Positions 8,382 through 19,203 of a DNA stretch of 64,000 nt are shown in pieces. Position 1 is the first letter of the stretch. Each line of letters opens with the position of its first letter. The notes beneath the pieces were generated by a model. The model was not told where the DNA came from, searched no databases, and worked only from the letters and a program-made list of their open reading frames with translations. The translations under genes and the position numbers were made by a program. The stretch is from Bacteroidota bacterium (GTDB lineage: Bacteria; Bacteroidota; Bacteroidia; UBA8524): assembly GCA_006226545.1 (NCBI GenBank), contig SBGR01000026.1:201-64200 (forward strand). The letters run 5' to 3'.

Positions 8382-9590
8382 CTATTGAATTGAAGCCAGA
8401 ATACGCCTGGTCGCTCCCGCATGCGCTTCAATCCACTGCCCCGCTTTCGCGCCAATCTCTCTTCGCTTTGAAGTGTCTTGCAATTCGCTTAAGACTGAAT
8501 CAAAGTCCGCTTGGTTCGCTAAACGTATTCCACCGCCAAAGTTTGCTAAAGCCTCCCCTTCCGGGTACTTTGGCGTATTGTTTCCATACAGAACGGGAAT
8601 ACCCCAGACAGCAGCTTCCAAGATATTATGCAATGCATTGGTAAAGCCGCCACCTACCAAGGCCATGTCTGCATACGAGTATGCGTTACCCAATAATCCG
8701 ATTCGGTCAATGATCAATACACGACTAGGTGCTGCGTCTTTCCTCTTTTCTAGCGATGAATAGCGGAGTGTGTTTTCAAATCGCTTTTCAATTTCTGCTA
8801 TATGTGATTCGCTGATGTTGTGAGGAACAATTACCCAACACATTTCCGGAAACTTAACATAGGCCTTTGCTATAAGTTCTTCTTCCAAAGGCCAAGAAGA
8901 ACCGGCTACCAAACAAGTTCTGTTTTGAATGAAGTCGGCTAAAATGGCATTTTCAGCCTTGGCTTGTTTGAGGTTCAATACCCGGTCAAATCGGGTATCT
9001 CCGGCATGGGTTACGTGCTTAATTCCAATGCCTTGAAGCAAATCAACAGAAGCTTTATCTTGGGTATAGATATGCGAATAGAAGCGCAGCATCTCCCGGT
9101 ATACGCCCCCGTACCATTGAAAGAAAGGCTGTTCTTGACGCAACCTGGCGCTGATCAGGTAAAACGGAATTTGGCGATTGTGAATCTCCTTCAGATAGGC
9201 ATACCAAAACTCATACTTCACAAAAAACACCTTATCCGGCTGGAGGGCATCCAATAAAACTTGCGCATTCCGTTTAGAATCGAGAGGCAAATAACCCACC
9301 CAAACGGCATGTGAATACTCTTTTTTCTGATTGTATCCCGAAGGCGAAAAGAAGCTCAAACATATTTCGATGTCTTGATGTGCATAGTGCTCTATCAAAG
9401 GTCTTGCTTGTTCAAACTCCCCTAGCGATGCACAATGAAACCAATAACGTGTTTTGGTTTTCGGCTGAGGCAATCGGCTTTGCCAATCTTTCCTTCCCGA
9501 AATCCAGTCGGCCGCCTTTGCGTTAAACGGCGCTGCGATTCCGATACCGAGTCGGTATGCCCAAACACTGAATTGGTAGATGAACTTCAC
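8382..9590 (-). CDS. waaA: 3-deoxy-D-manno-octulosonic acid (Kdo) transferase
   Basis: WFHCASLGEFEQARPLIE matches E. coli WaaA HSVSVGETLAAIPLV. Also VIVPHN vs LVPRHPERF and VGGGF...HNILEAAVWGIPVLYG vs VGGSLV..GGHNPLEAAAHAIPVLMG. Confidence 0.88.
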   Translation of the reverse strand: MKFIYQFSVWAYRLGIGIAAPFNAKAADWISGRKDWQSRLPQPKTKTRYWFHCASLGEFEQARPLIEHYAHQDIEICLSFFSPSGYNQKKEYSHAVWVGYLPLDSKRNAQVLLDALQPDKVFFVKYEFWYAYLKEIHNRQIPFYLISARLRQEQPFFQWYGGVYREMLRFYSHIYTQDKASVDLLQGIGIKHVTHAGDTRFDRVLNLKQAKAENAILADFIQNRTCLVAGSSWPLEEELIAKAYVKFPEMCWVIVPHNISESHIAEIEKRFENTLRYSSLEKRKDAAPSRVLIIDRIGLLGNAYSYADMALVGGGFTNALHNILEAAVWGIPVLYGNNTPKYPEGEALANFGGGIRLANQADFDSVLSELQDTSKRREIGAKAGQWIEAHAGATRRILASIQ

Positions 9591-10348
9591 TAGCGAAATT
9601 TATAACCACCTGAAGTTAATGCCGATCCAGTATAAATAGGCAGCAACCATCCGATACGTATGCCAATACTGCCGTCAGATCTTTTTTCATTGCCCGGCAA
9701 ACCGGTATCAAAGTTTATTGCGCGTCGGCCTTGCGTATAGCCTTGGGTAAACTCAACTCCTGCAAAGAAGTTGATTCTTCTTCTCGGATCCAAAAACTGA
9801 TACCCAACAAACTGATTCATGGTGAATCCGGAAGCCAAACGATCATAACCAAATTTTAAGTCGCCTTCCAATGCCGCTACTGTTGTTGATCTGTTGGTAG
9901 CACGAATGAAATGTTCCATATAACCAAAGCCAACACTTAGCATGAGTCCGGAGTTTTTGTTTCTTCCCAAAGGGATAATTTTACCTCCTTTAACAAAGAG
10001 ACGCAGTCCGCGCATCTGGGCAAGAATCTCCACTCTGTTTCCCTGATGGTCTATAGCATAACCATCTGCATCCGTGAAGGCATCAAATAAATCAACCTCT
10101 TTGATGCTATTGCCAAAAAGGTAGCTTCCTTCAGCACCCCAAATCCAGTTTCTGCCTGTTTTATAATACACTCCGGTACCAACGCCGTTGAACAAGCCGT
10201 ATCGCTGTTTCAAATCGGCGGTCGGGAAATTTAGATCGTAGGTAAATTGGCAAATAAAGCCCGTTCTCACTACTGAGTTTGTGTCTTTCTTTTGAGCCGA
10301 AAGAGAAAGGCTAAGCACTAGGAATAAAAGGCTAAAGAAGTACTTCAT
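9590..10348 (-). CDS. Outer-membrane beta-barrel protein (porin-family fold)
   Basis: Signal peptide. Alternating hydrophobic beta-strand pattern. C-terminal aromatic residue (…GGYKFR). Confidence 0.55.
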   Translation of the reverse strand: MKYFFSLLFLVLSLSLSAQKKDTNSVVRTGFICQFTYDLNFPTADLKQRYGLFNGVGTGVYYKTGRNWIWGAEGSYLFGNSIKEVDLFDAFTDADGYAIDHQGNRVEILAQMRGLRLFVKGGKIIPLGRNKNSGLMLSVGFGYMEHFIRATNRSTTVAALEGDLKFGYDRLASGFTMNQFVGYQFLDPRRRINFFAGVEFTQGYTQGRRAINFDTGLPGNEKRSDGSIGIRIGWLLPIYTGSALTSGGYKFR

Positions 10349-10401
10349 GAGGTTTCAAATATACCGTAACTGTAACTTAATGTAATTCTATAGGGAAAAT
10401 C

Positions 10402-10409
10402 TATCTTTG
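10402..10409 (+). promoter_or_regulatory. Bacteroidota sigma-A -7 promoter element (TAnnTTTG) upstream of the polysaccharide-locus aminotransferase
   Basis: TATCTTTG lies 29 nt upstream of the ATG at 10438. Confidence 0.4.
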
Positions 10410-10437
10410 TCGGCGACTTTCGAAAAACTTTTAACTT

Positions 10438-11568
10438 ATGCGTAAAATTCAGATGGTTGACCTGCTCAGCCAGTACGAAAAAATCCAACAACAAGTAGAT
10501 GAGGCCGTTTTGGGCGTCATTCGTTCTACGGCTTTTATCAATGGCCCGGAGGTAAAACAGTTTCAAGCTGAGTTGGAAGAATACCTGAAAGTTAAACATG
10601 TTATCCCTTGTGCAAACGGTACAGATGCATTGCAGGTTGCAATGATGGGATTAAATCTCCAACCTGGTGATGAGGTTATCACGGCTAGTTTTACCTATGT
10701 GGCCACCGCTGAAGTAATTGCTTTGTTGAAGCTTACCCCGGTATTGGTTGATGTTAACCCTGACACTTTCTGCATCGATCCGGCAGAGATTGAAAAGGCC
10801 ATTACCCCAAAGACCAAAGCCATTGTACCTGTGCACCTTTTCGGACAAACAGCTGATATGGAAGCGATTCTCGACATCGCTAAAAGGCATAACCTGTTTG
10901 TAATTGAGGATACCGCTCAAGCCATTGGCGCTGACTATACTTTCAAAGACGGTAGCACTGCCAAAGCCGGAACCATTGGTACGGTTGGGTGTACTTCTTT
11001 CTTCCCTTCCAAAAACTTGGGTTGTTATGGAGACGGTGGAGCCATCTTCACAAACGACGATGAATTAGCGAAGAAGATTCGCATGATTGCCAACCACGGA
11101 CAATCTGTACAATATTACCACGATGAAATTGGCGTTAACTCACGCCTTGATAGCATTCAAGCCGCCATTTTGCGCTGCAAGCTTCCGCACCTGGATAGCT
11201 ACAATGCCCGCCGACTTGAAGTTGCCAATCGCTATAATGAAGCCTTGGGAAGCCATGCTAAAGTTACTGTACCGCAGTGGCCAAGCAATACCACCCACGT
11301 GTTTCATCAATATACCATGCAACTGCACGATGTAGATCGTGCGGCGCTTAAAGATTACCTCGCAAGCAAAGAGATTCCGGCTATGATCTATTACCCGGTG
11401 CCTTTGCACATGCAAAAAGCCTATACCGATGCCCGTTACACCGCTGGCATGTTCCCGGTAACTGAGCAACTTTGTGCAAGTGTGATTTCTTTGCCAATCA
11501 GTCCGGATGTAACCCCGGATCAGCAAGAGTATATTATCGAAAACGTATTGAATTTTTTAAACCAGTAA
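10438..11568 (+). CDS. DegT/DnrJ/EryC1/StrS-family PLP-dependent sugar aminotransferase
   Basis: 376 aa. N-terminal LLSQYEKIQQQVDEAV... and PCANGTDALQVAMMGL typical of this family. First gene of the polysaccharide locus. Confidence 0.85.
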   Translation: MRKIQMVDLLSQYEKIQQQVDEAVLGVIRSTAFINGPEVKQFQAELEEYLKVKHVIPCANGTDALQVAMMGLNLQPGDEVITASFTYVATAEVIALLKLTPVLVDVNPDTFCIDPAEIEKAITPKTKAIVPVHLFGQTADMEAILDIAKRHNLFVIEDTAQAIGADYTFKDGSTAKAGTIGTVGCTSFFPSKNLGCYGDGGAIFTNDDELAKKIRMIANHGQSVQYYHDEIGVNSRLDSIQAAILRCKLPHLDSYNARRLEVANRYNEALGSHAKVTVPQWPSNTTHVFHQYTMQLHDVDRAALKDYLASKEIPAMIYYPVPLHMQKAYTDARYTAGMFPVTEQLCASVISLPISPDVTPDQQEYIIENVLNFLNQ

Positions 11569-11580
11569 GCTTTAATAAAA

Positions 11581-12897
11581 ATGAAAATTACCGTAGTAGG
11601 AACCGGCTATGTGGGATTAGTAACAGGAACTTGTTTTGCCGAAGTAGGCATCGAAGTGACCTGTGTAGATATTGACCAAAAGAAGATTGAAAACCTGAAA
11701 AACGGCATCATGCCAATTTACGAACCGGGTTTGGAAGAAATGGTCATAAAGAATTATGAAGCCGGTAGATTGCATTTCTCTACTAACCTGAGTGAGGCAA
11801 TTAAAGGTTCAGACGTAGCGTTCATCGCTGTGGGAACGCCTCCGGGTGAAGACGGTTCTGCCGACTTAAAATATGTCATTGCTGTTGCGCGTGAAATCGG
11901 GCAAAACATGAATAGCTACGGTGTTGTAGTAACCAAATCAACCGTACCGGTAGGTACAGCTGAAAAGGTAAGCAACGCTGTGAGAGAAGAGCTGGAAAAA
12001 CGCGGTGTAGATATTCCTTACGATGTAGCTTCCAATCCGGAGTTCTTGAAAGAAGGTGCCGCTATCGACGACTTCTTGAAGCCGGATAGAATTGTGGTTG
12101 GTGTTTCTTCTAAAAAAGCAGAAGACATCATGGCCAAATTATACAAGCCTTTCACCTTGAACGGACATCCAATCATCTTTATGGATGTACCTTCTGCCGA
12201 GATGACCAAATACGCTGCGAACTCAATGCTCGCAACCAAAATCAGCTTCATGAACGATATCGCTAACCTCTGCGAAATTGTGGGAGCCGATGTAAACTTG
12301 GTGCGCAAAGGCATTGGATCAGATGCGCGTATCGGTAATAAATTTATCTACCCGGGCATCGGGTACGGTGGATCTTGTTTCCCTAAAGACGTAAAAGCAT
12401 TGATTAAAACCGCTGCTGAAAAAGGCTATAACATGCGTGTTTTGAAAGCGGTTGAAGAAGTGAACGAAGACCAGAAAAACGTCATGTACAATAAGGTCAT
12501 CAATCACTTTGGCAGCGATTTGAAAGGCAAAACAATCGCCCTTTGGGGATTGTCTTTCAAACCTAAAACCGATGATATGCGTGAGGCTCCTTCTTTGGTT
12601 ATCATCAGCCATTTATTGGAAGCCGGTGCAACAGTTAGAGCCTACGACCCTGTAGCAATGGAAGAAGCCAAACACATGATTGGCAATACCATCACGTATA
12701 CAAAAGATGAATACGAAGCATTGCAAGGTGCTGACGGCTTGATCTTAGCAACAGAATGGCCAGAATTCCGATTCCCTGATTTCGCTAAAATCGAAAACTT
12801 GATGAACGGAAAAGTAATCTTCGACGGCAGAAACATCTACGATGCAAAAGACCTGAGAGAAAAAGGCTTCACCTATTACGGAATTGGAATTAACTAA
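11581..12897 (+). CDS. ugd: UDP-glucose 6-dehydrogenase
   Basis: [23 protein letters not shown] Rossmann motif. GSCFPKD catalytic Cys motif. 438 aa. Confidence 0.9.
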   Translation: MKITVVGTGYVGLVTGTCFAEVGIEVTCVDIDQKKIENLKNGIMPIYEPGLEEMVIKNYEAGRLHFSTNLSEAIKGSDVAFIAVGTPPGEDGSADLKYVIAVAREIGQNMNSYGVVVTKSTVPVGTAEKVSNAVREELEKRGVDIPYDVASNPEFLKEGAAIDDFLKPDRIVVGVSSKKAEDIMAKLYKPFTLNGHPIIFMDVPSAEMTKYAANSMLATKISFMNDIANLCEIVGADVNLVRKGIGSDARIGNKFIYPGIGYGGSCFPKDVKALIKTAAEKGYNMRVLKAVEEVNEDQKNVMYNKVINHFGSDLKGKTIALWGLSFKPKTDDMREAPSLVIISHLLEAGATVRAYDPVAMEEAKHMIGNTITYTKDEYEALQGADGLILATEWPEFRFPDFAKIENLMNGKVIFDGRNIYDAKDLREKGFTYYGIGIN

Positions 12898-12898
12898 G

Positions 12899-13876
12899 AT
12901 GAGGAAAAGAGTATTAATAACCGGAGGTGCCGGATTTTTAGGTTCGCATCTGTGTGATCGCTTTATCAATGAAGATTACCATGTAATTGCCATGGACAAC
13001 CTGATTACCGGTGACCTGCGCAATATTGAACACCTCTTTAAACTCCCTAATTTTGAATTCTACCACCACGACGTGTCGAAGTTTATTCACGTGCCGGGTG
13101 AATTAGATTATATCCTGCACTTCGCTTCACCGGCAAGTCCGATTGACTACCTGAAAATTCCAATTCAAACACTGAAAGTGGGCTCTTTGGGTATTCACAA
13201 TTGCCTTGGTCTAGCGAGAGTTAAAGGAGCACGTGTATTGATTGCCTCTACTTCTGAAGTTTACGGCGACCCATTGGTGCACCCGCAAAACGAAGACTAC
13301 TGGGGTAATGTAAATCCGGTGGGTCCTCGCGGCGTATACGATGAAGCAAAACGTTTCCAAGAAGCCATGACCATGGCTTACCATACTTACCACGGCGTTG
13401 AAACGCGTATAGTGCGTATTTTCAATACCTACGGACCAAGAATGAGACTAAACGACGGAAGGGCTTTGCCTGCCTTTATCGGACAAGCACTTCGCGGAGA
13501 AGACTTAACCGTTTTTGGGGATGGTTCTCAAACTCGTTCATTCTGTTATGTTGACGACCTGGTTGAAGGCATCTACAGATTGCTTTTAAGCGATTACGCC
13601 TACCCGGTTAACATCGGTAACCCGGTGGAAATTACCATCAAACAGTTTGCTGAAGAAATTATCAAGCTGACAGGAACAAGCCAGAAGGTAATTTACAGAC
13701 CACTTCCTAAAGACGATCCTAAACAGCGTAAACCGGACATTACCCGCGCTCAAGAAATCCTAGGCTGGGAACCTCGCGTGGAGCGTTCAGAAGGACTAAA
13801 AGTAACATACGAATACTTTAAGAGCTTACCTGAAAGCGAATTATTCAAAGACCCTCATGGCAGAGAATTCAACTAA
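12899..13876 (+). CDS. uxs: UDP-glucuronate decarboxylase (UDP-xylose synthase)
   Basis: [22 protein letters not shown]-x3-K in YDEAKRF. Follows ugd with a 1-nt gap. Start chosen at 12899 (MRKRV). Confidence 0.85.
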   Translation: MRKRVLITGGAGFLGSHLCDRFINEDYHVIAMDNLITGDLRNIEHLFKLPNFEFYHHDVSKFIHVPGELDYILHFASPASPIDYLKIPIQTLKVGSLGIHNCLGLARVKGARVLIASTSEVYGDPLVHPQNEDYWGNVNPVGPRGVYDEAKRFQEAMTMAYHTYHGVETRIVRIFNTYGPRMRLNDGRALPAFIGQALRGEDLTVFGDGSQTRSFCYVDDLVEGIYRLLLSDYAYPVNIGNPVEITIKQFAEEIIKLTGTSQKVIYRPLPKDDPKQRKPDITRAQEILGWEPRVERSEGLKVTYEYFKSLPESELFKDPHGREFN

Positions 13877-14444
13877 TACCTATTTCGCTCACGAAACCGC
13901 AGTTATTGATGAAGGCTGCAGTATTGGCCACGGAACCAAAATATGGCATTTCAGTCATGTGATGCCCAATTGTACCATTGGCGAAAACTGTAACCTCGGA
14001 CAAAATGTGGTTATCTCACCTGAAGTGGTATTAGGCAATAACGTTAAAATACAAAACAACGTTTCAATCTATACCGGTGTTACCTGCGACGATGACGTTT
14101 TTCTAGGGCCAAGCTGTGTTTTCACTAACGTAACCAACCCGAGAAGTGCCATTAACCGCAGAGGACAATACGCCAAAACCCACGTGGGGAAAGGCGCTAG
14201 CATTGGTGCCAATGCAACCATTGTTTGCGGACACGATATCGGGCAATTTGCCTTTATCGGGGCAGGCGCCGTGGTGACGAAAAACGTACCTGATTATGCC
14301 CTTTTGGTTGGCAATCCGGCTCGTCAGTTAGGGTGGATGAGTGAGTACGGTCACAGGTTAGAGTTCAACGAAATTGGTGAAGCAATTTGTCCGGAAAGTG
14401 GCGCGAAATACCTGCTGAAAGACGGCAAAGTGAATAAAGCATAA
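13857..14444 (+). CDS. Sugar N-acetyltransferase, left-handed beta-helix (hexapeptide-repeat) family
   Basis: Repeated [LIV]G-x4 hexapeptide motifs. Sits in the same locus as an aminotransferase, consistent with an aminosugar N-acetyltransferase. Confidence 0.75.
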   Translation: MAENSTNTYFAHETAVIDEGCSIGHGTKIWHFSHVMPNCTIGENCNLGQNVVISPEVVLGNNVKIQNNVSIYTGVTCDDDVFLGPSCVFTNVTNPRSAINRRGQYAKTHVGKGASIGANATIVCGHDIGQFAFIGAGAVVTKNVPDYALLVGNPARQLGWMSEYGHRLEFNEIGEAICPESGAKYLLKDGKVNKA

Positions 14445-15466
14445 TGGCAGAAAAAATACTGGTAACAGGCGGCACGGGCTATATTGGCTCGCATACAGTG
14501 ATTGAGTTGATTCAACAAGGTTACAAGCCTATTATCATCGATAATTTGAGCAACTCCAAGTTGGAGCGATTGGATCAAATCCAAGCAATAACAGGGGTTC
14601 GTCCGGAATTTGAAAAAGTAGAAATGTGCGACAAAGCCCAGATGGAGGCCTTTTTCGCTAAGCATACCGACATCAAAGCAGTCATTCACTTCGCGGCATT
14701 ATTGCAAGTAGGCGAATCGGTTGAAAAGCCACTGCTCTACTATTCCAATAACCTGCTTTCTACCATTCACCTGCTTGAATGCATGAAGCAATACCAGATT
14801 GGAAACATCGTATTTTCATCCAGCTGCACGGTTTATGGCAACCCTGAACACCTGCCTGTAAATGAAGATGCGCCCATAAAACCTGCCATCTCCCCGTACG
14901 GCAATACCAAAAAAATGTGCGAAGACATCATCCGCGATTTCAGCATGTCTGAAAAACAGATGAAATCCATTAGCCTTCGCTATTTCAATCCCATTGGCAA
15001 CCACCCGTCTGCCCTGATTGGAGAAGAGCCACATGGTGTACCTAGCCATCTGGTACCCTACCTCACCCAAACAGCCAAAGGCATTCGCTCTCACTTGAAT
15101 ATTTTTGGTAACGACTACAGCACGCCAGACGGAACCTGTGTGAGAGATTACCTGCATGTAGTCGATTTGGCTAAAGCGCATATCGCAGCGATTCGTCGCT
15201 TATTGGACGTACAAGATTGCCCGATCTGGGATTATATCAATATCGGAACCGGTACCGGCTATTCCGTACTTCAGATGGTGAAAGCCTTTGAAAGCGCAAC
15301 CGGACAAGAAGTTCCATTTCAATTTGCCCCGCGCCGTGAAGGCGATGTTGAAGCAGTGTATGCAGATACTACAAAAGCCAAAAACCTGCTTAAATGGCAA
15401 ACAGAACTTGACCTAGAAGACATGCTTCGCGCCGCTTGGGCCTGGGAACAGAAACTTGCACATTAG
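14444..15466 (+). CDS. galE: UDP-glucose 4-epimerase
   Basis: ILVTGGTGYIGSH. SPYGNTK catalytic Y-x3-K. 340 aa. Confidence 0.88.
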   Translation: MAEKILVTGGTGYIGSHTVIELIQQGYKPIIIDNLSNSKLERLDQIQAITGVRPEFEKVEMCDKAQMEAFFAKHTDIKAVIHFAALLQVGESVEKPLLYYSNNLLSTIHLLECMKQYQIGNIVFSSSCTVYGNPEHLPVNEDAPIKPAISPYGNTKKMCEDIIRDFSMSEKQMKSISLRYFNPIGNHPSALIGEEPHGVPSHLVPYLTQTAKGIRSHLNIFGNDYSTPDGTCVRDYLHVVDLAKAHIAAIRRLLDVQDCPIWDYINIGTGTGYSVLQMVKAFESATGQEVPFQFAPRREGDVEAVYADTTKAKNLLKWQTELDLEDMLRAAWAWEQKLAH

Positions 15467-15600
15467 CTTAATATTAAGCTTCCACTTCCTTTAGGTATTA
15501 AATAACAGAATTGAACCGTCAAGGTAAAAGGTGCATTGATTAATGCGCCGGCAACAATTCTCTCTTTCTTGGTAGTTTCACATCACCAAACAGGGGAATT

Positions 15601-16482
15601 ATGGCCAAACCAAACATCGATTCAATTGAATTGCGAAACCTTTTGGAGTACTTGCAGGGCTTCAAAACATTTGTTAACAGCAGTCTATCCTTTGTTGTTA
15701 CGCAGTTTAGAAAACGCATTCTCCTATTGCTCCTGCCAGTTCTTGCGGGAATAGGATTCGGATTCTGGAAATACCGCCAGCTTAAACCCGTATACGAAGT
15801 GGAAATGCAGCTCACCTTCAATGAACTGCACAAGAAGACTTACGGCGAAATGACCATTCGTTTACAGGACCAAATCAAACAAGAAAATTGGCCTTGGGTA
15901 GCCAATGTCTTGGGGATGAAGGAAGCCGATGTGGAACATCTTCAGTCAATTCAAGCATTAAACATCGCTAGAAGCCCGCTGCACGAAGACCTTACAAGCG
16001 AAAAAATTCCATTTTACGTGTTGGCCAATGTGACCGACCCAAGTATCTGTTCTTCACTTCAAAACGGCATCATCAAATACTTCAATGAAAATCCACTCAA
16101 TACGGAACGTCGACGTGTTAACCTACAGAACATCCAAGACCGCCTCCAATTTCTGAGTAATCAATTGGCCTGGATGGACTCCATCAAGATGAGTTATAAC
16201 CAACAGCTCAAACGCGGAGTACAGCCTGAACAAATGTCGAGCGACGGTTCTATAGACAAGCTGTTTGAGCTATCTGACAACTTTTACAAAGAATGGTTGA
16301 ACCTGCGCTCCGGCTTGGATTCCTATAAACCGGTTGAATTGATCATGGGCTTCAACCCGGGATTACTTTCTCAGAAACCATCTCTGCCAAACTTCTTACT
16401 TCGCTATGCTCTGCTTGGTTTTGGACTGAGCTTTCTTCTCCTATTATGGTTGGCTATACCCTCAAAATCGGTTAAAGAATAA
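15601..16482 (+). CDS. Polysaccharide chain-length determinant (Wzz-like): N- and C-terminal transmembrane helices flank a soluble domain
   Basis: Topology and position (before wzx/wzy) fit Wzz. No sequence motif was verified. Confidence 0.45.
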   Translation: MAKPNIDSIELRNLLEYLQGFKTFVNSSLSFVVTQFRKRILLLLLPVLAGIGFGFWKYRQLKPVYEVEMQLTFNELHKKTYGEMTIRLQDQIKQENWPWVANVLGMKEADVEHLQSIQALNIARSPLHEDLTSEKIPFYVLANVTDPSICSSLQNGIIKYFNENPLNTERRRVNLQNIQDRLQFLSNQLAWMDSIKMSYNQQLKRGVQPEQMSSDGSIDKLFELSDNFYKEWLNLRSGLDSYKPVELIMGFNPGLLSQKPSLPNFLLRYALLGFGLSFLLLLWLAIPSKSVKE

Positions 16483-17942
16483 TGAAAATCAGCCAATCCA
16501 ATAATCTCTTAAACAGCTTATGGAATCTGTTTGATGTGCTTGCATATCCTGCAGTATTCTTGGGCTTCACTCCCTTCTTTATCGAAAGAATGGGAGCAGA
16601 AGAGTTTGGATTGTGGATGCTCGTGAACAGCATATTGGTGAGCTTTCAGTTGCTGAACTTCGGTCTTGGCGCAGCCACACAGCGCAATGTAGCTCGCTAC
16701 TTAGGGAAAAACGATAGGCCGGGCATGTGGCAAAGCATCAATACCAACCTATCTCTCGGACTCGTTTTGCTGCTCATCTGCATGGCCGTTGGAGGCATAC
16801 TTATACTTGGTGTTCGTCAAGTGGGTATTTTTAACCTAGACCCCAAGCTCCACGACAGAATGAGTCTGCTCTTGTTCATCACCTCCATCTTGGTGGCCTT
16901 GAAGTTTATTGAACAAATTGCTCATGGAGCGCTCAAAGGACTCGAAAACTTCCAGGTACCGGCTCGCATCAACCTGGTGGTTCGTTTTAGCATTTTACTC
17001 GCCAATATTCAGTTGGTGAGCATGGGATATGACTTGGAATACCTCTTCGGTTCGAACCTGCTCATTACGTTCAGCTCCTTTTTCATCTACTATATTTTCA
17101 TCAAGAAACACCTTCCGGGTTATACGCTTCAACTTATCTGGGAGAAATCGAGCATCGTAGAAGAACTGAAATACGGACTCCACAACTGGGTGCAATCAGT
17201 ATCAGTAATTCTGACTTACCAATTCGATCGATTCATTGTTACCAGTGTATTCGGTTTGGCTACGCTGAGCTATTATTCTATTGTAGCCACGATGTTTAAC
17301 CACATCCACATGGCCTATAATTCGCTGGTGCCATGGTTACTGCCAAAGGTGGCTCGACTCCGTGAAGAAGGTGCCGAACTCAACAGGCTCTTCCTTACAG
17401 CCCGTAGCTTTACCATCCTTGCCGGAATAAGCTCCTTATTGGTTTTTCAGTTTATCAGTCCGGCATTGCTTACGCTGTGGCTGGGAGTTGATCTCTACCT
17501 GAAAATAGAAAACCTGGTGAACCTGTATTGCGTTTTTGAGCTCTTTTTCATCTTCACTTCTGCTCGATATTTCTTCTTGAATGGCAGTGGTTACGAGCGC
17601 TTGCTTACCCGACTAACCCTGCAACTTTCAGCCATCACCATCTTAGCGATGCTGGTTGGGCTTTGGCACTTTCAAACGGTGGAAGGGCTGGTTTACGGTT
17701 TGGTTTTCGGAACAGCATTGGGCATTTGGCTGGAAAACTTCATCATCAATAAAAAGGTACTCAAGCAAAGCACTTGGAAAGAAGGCTTTCTGCTGATTCT
17801 GCCTTCTATCCTGGCCACGCTTATTATCTATTCTTCCGGAATCTGGATCACCCTTGCGCTGGCAGGCTTGCTGATTGTGAGCGGCTACTTGCTTTTTATA
17901 CGTACTGGCGATTTCAACCTAAAAGTGCTGCTCTTTGGATAG
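16482..17942 (+). CDS. wzx: Oligosaccharide flippase (Wzx/MOP superfamily)
   Basis: 486-aa polytopic membrane protein with about 12 predicted helices. Typical position within the locus. Confidence 0.7.
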   Translation: MKISQSNNLLNSLWNLFDVLAYPAVFLGFTPFFIERMGAEEFGLWMLVNSILVSFQLLNFGLGAATQRNVARYLGKNDRPGMWQSINTNLSLGLVLLLICMAVGGILILGVRQVGIFNLDPKLHDRMSLLLFITSILVALKFIEQIAHGALKGLENFQVPARINLVVRFSILLANIQLVSMGYDLEYLFGSNLLITFSSFFIYYIFIKKHLPGYTLQLIWEKSSIVEELKYGLHNWVQSVSVILTYQFDRFIVTSVFGLATLSYYSIVATMFNHIHMAYNSLVPWLLPKVARLREEGAELNRLFLTARSFTILAGISSLLVFQFISPALLTLWLGVDLYLKIENLVNLYCVFELFFIFTSARYFFLNGSGYERLLTRLTLQLSAITILAMLVGLWHFQTVEGLVYGLVFGTALGIWLENFIINKKVLKQSTWKEGFLLILPSILATLIIYSSGIWITLALAGLLIVSGYLLFIRTGDFNLKVLLFG

Positions 17943-19203
17943 TACAAAAAACATAGCACTGCAAGGAGGACTCTTTTTGGTCTTAGTCTACGTATTCTTC
18001 AATACGGTAGGGCTACCGCATGGCTTGAGTTATACCTTTCTGCTCACCCCGCTATTCCTGTACTTCAGTATAAAAGCCAAACTATTTAAGGCGTATACGT
18101 ACTTAGCGATATTGCTGATTCCATTTGCCTTGATTCACTTTAGGCAAGGAACAAACCTACCGTATTACCTTCAGTCTACCGCGCTTTTCACGGGCGCTTG
18201 GGTATTCGGAATTGCGGTCTATCAATTCCTCAAACAAGAACACGCATTGCCTTTAGCGATGAAAGGCATCTTGATGGTGAATACCCTTTTATTGCCCATC
18301 GCATTTTTAGCCTACTTCACCCCCTGGAAAGAAAGCTGGTGGTATTTGGTTCCGATCTCTCGCGGCTTGCCAATCATCCCCCGCTTGATGATGCTGACCT
18401 ACGAAGCCTCCTATTATTCTCTACTTCTGGTTCCGGTGAGTATTTATTACTTGCTCAAGATCCTATTCTTTAAGGAATACAATGCTTGGCTGATTCTGAT
18501 TTTATTGGGTCTTCCGTTATTGTTGTCTTTCTCATTGGGGATATGGGCCGGTTTAGCGATAACACTGGTAATCCTGTTTGCCTTTCACTTGAAATGGTTG
18601 GTTTTGCACCAGCGTTTGCGCATCACCTTTATTGTATTTGCGAGTCTTGTGCTTGGCTCTCTGGTGGTGCTCTACCTGTTCTATCCGGAGAACCCGCTGT
18701 TCCATCGACTGAAAAACATTGGTGGCGGAGAAGACACTTCCGCTCGAGGGAGAACTTACGAAGCCTTTGAGCTAGCCTGGCTGATGGCCAAAGAAAAGAG
18801 TATTTGGTTTGGCGTTGGTTTGGGGCAAATCAAATTGATGGGTCGGGATATCCTCCTGAACTTCTACCACTATACCAATATTCCGGAAGTTGCCCGAATT
18901 CCGAATGCCGCTGCCGAGACGCTGGCCCAATTCGGGATTGTTGGATTAAGCTTACGACTTGGAACTCAACTCTTCCTCTTTTGGCGGACCAAGGTATGGA
19001 GTAATTTCTTCCGACTCAGTCTGTTTTGCTTTGTCTTCGTTTACCAGTTTACCGGAAGTTTCCTCATCAACATGGCGGAAATAAGCATTTGGGTGCTGGC
19101 CTTCTCTCCCATCGCTAAAGAATTTAACAAAGCGAATCTGAGAGAACAGTGGGCGATACCCGTTTGGCCTTGGGAAAAAAAGAAAGGAGCCCTGCATGGA
19201 TAA
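17935..19203 (+). CDS. O-antigen polymerase/ligase-family membrane protein (Wzy-like)
   Basis: 422-aa polytopic membrane protein with a large loop carrying charged residues (...RLKNIGGGEDTSARGRTYEAFE...). Confidence 0.55.
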   Translation: MDSTKNIALQGGLFLVLVYVFFNTVGLPHGLSYTFLLTPLFLYFSIKAKLFKAYTYLAILLIPFALIHFRQGTNLPYYLQSTALFTGAWVFGIAVYQFLKQEHALPLAMKGILMVNTLLLPIAFLAYFTPWKESWWYLVPISRGLPIIPRLMMLTYEASYYSLLLVPVSIYYLLKILFFKEYNAWLILILLGLPLLLSFSLGIWAGLAITLVILFAFHLKWLVLHQRLRITFIVFASLVLGSLVVLYLFYPENPLFHRLKNIGGGEDTSARGRTYEAFELAWLMAKEKSIWFGVGLGQIKLMGRDILLNFYHYTNIPEVARIPNAAAETLAQFGIVGLSLRLGTQLFLFWRTKVWSNFFRLSLFCFVFVYQFTGSFLINMAEISIWVLAFSPIAKEFNKANLREQWAIPVWPWEKKKGALHG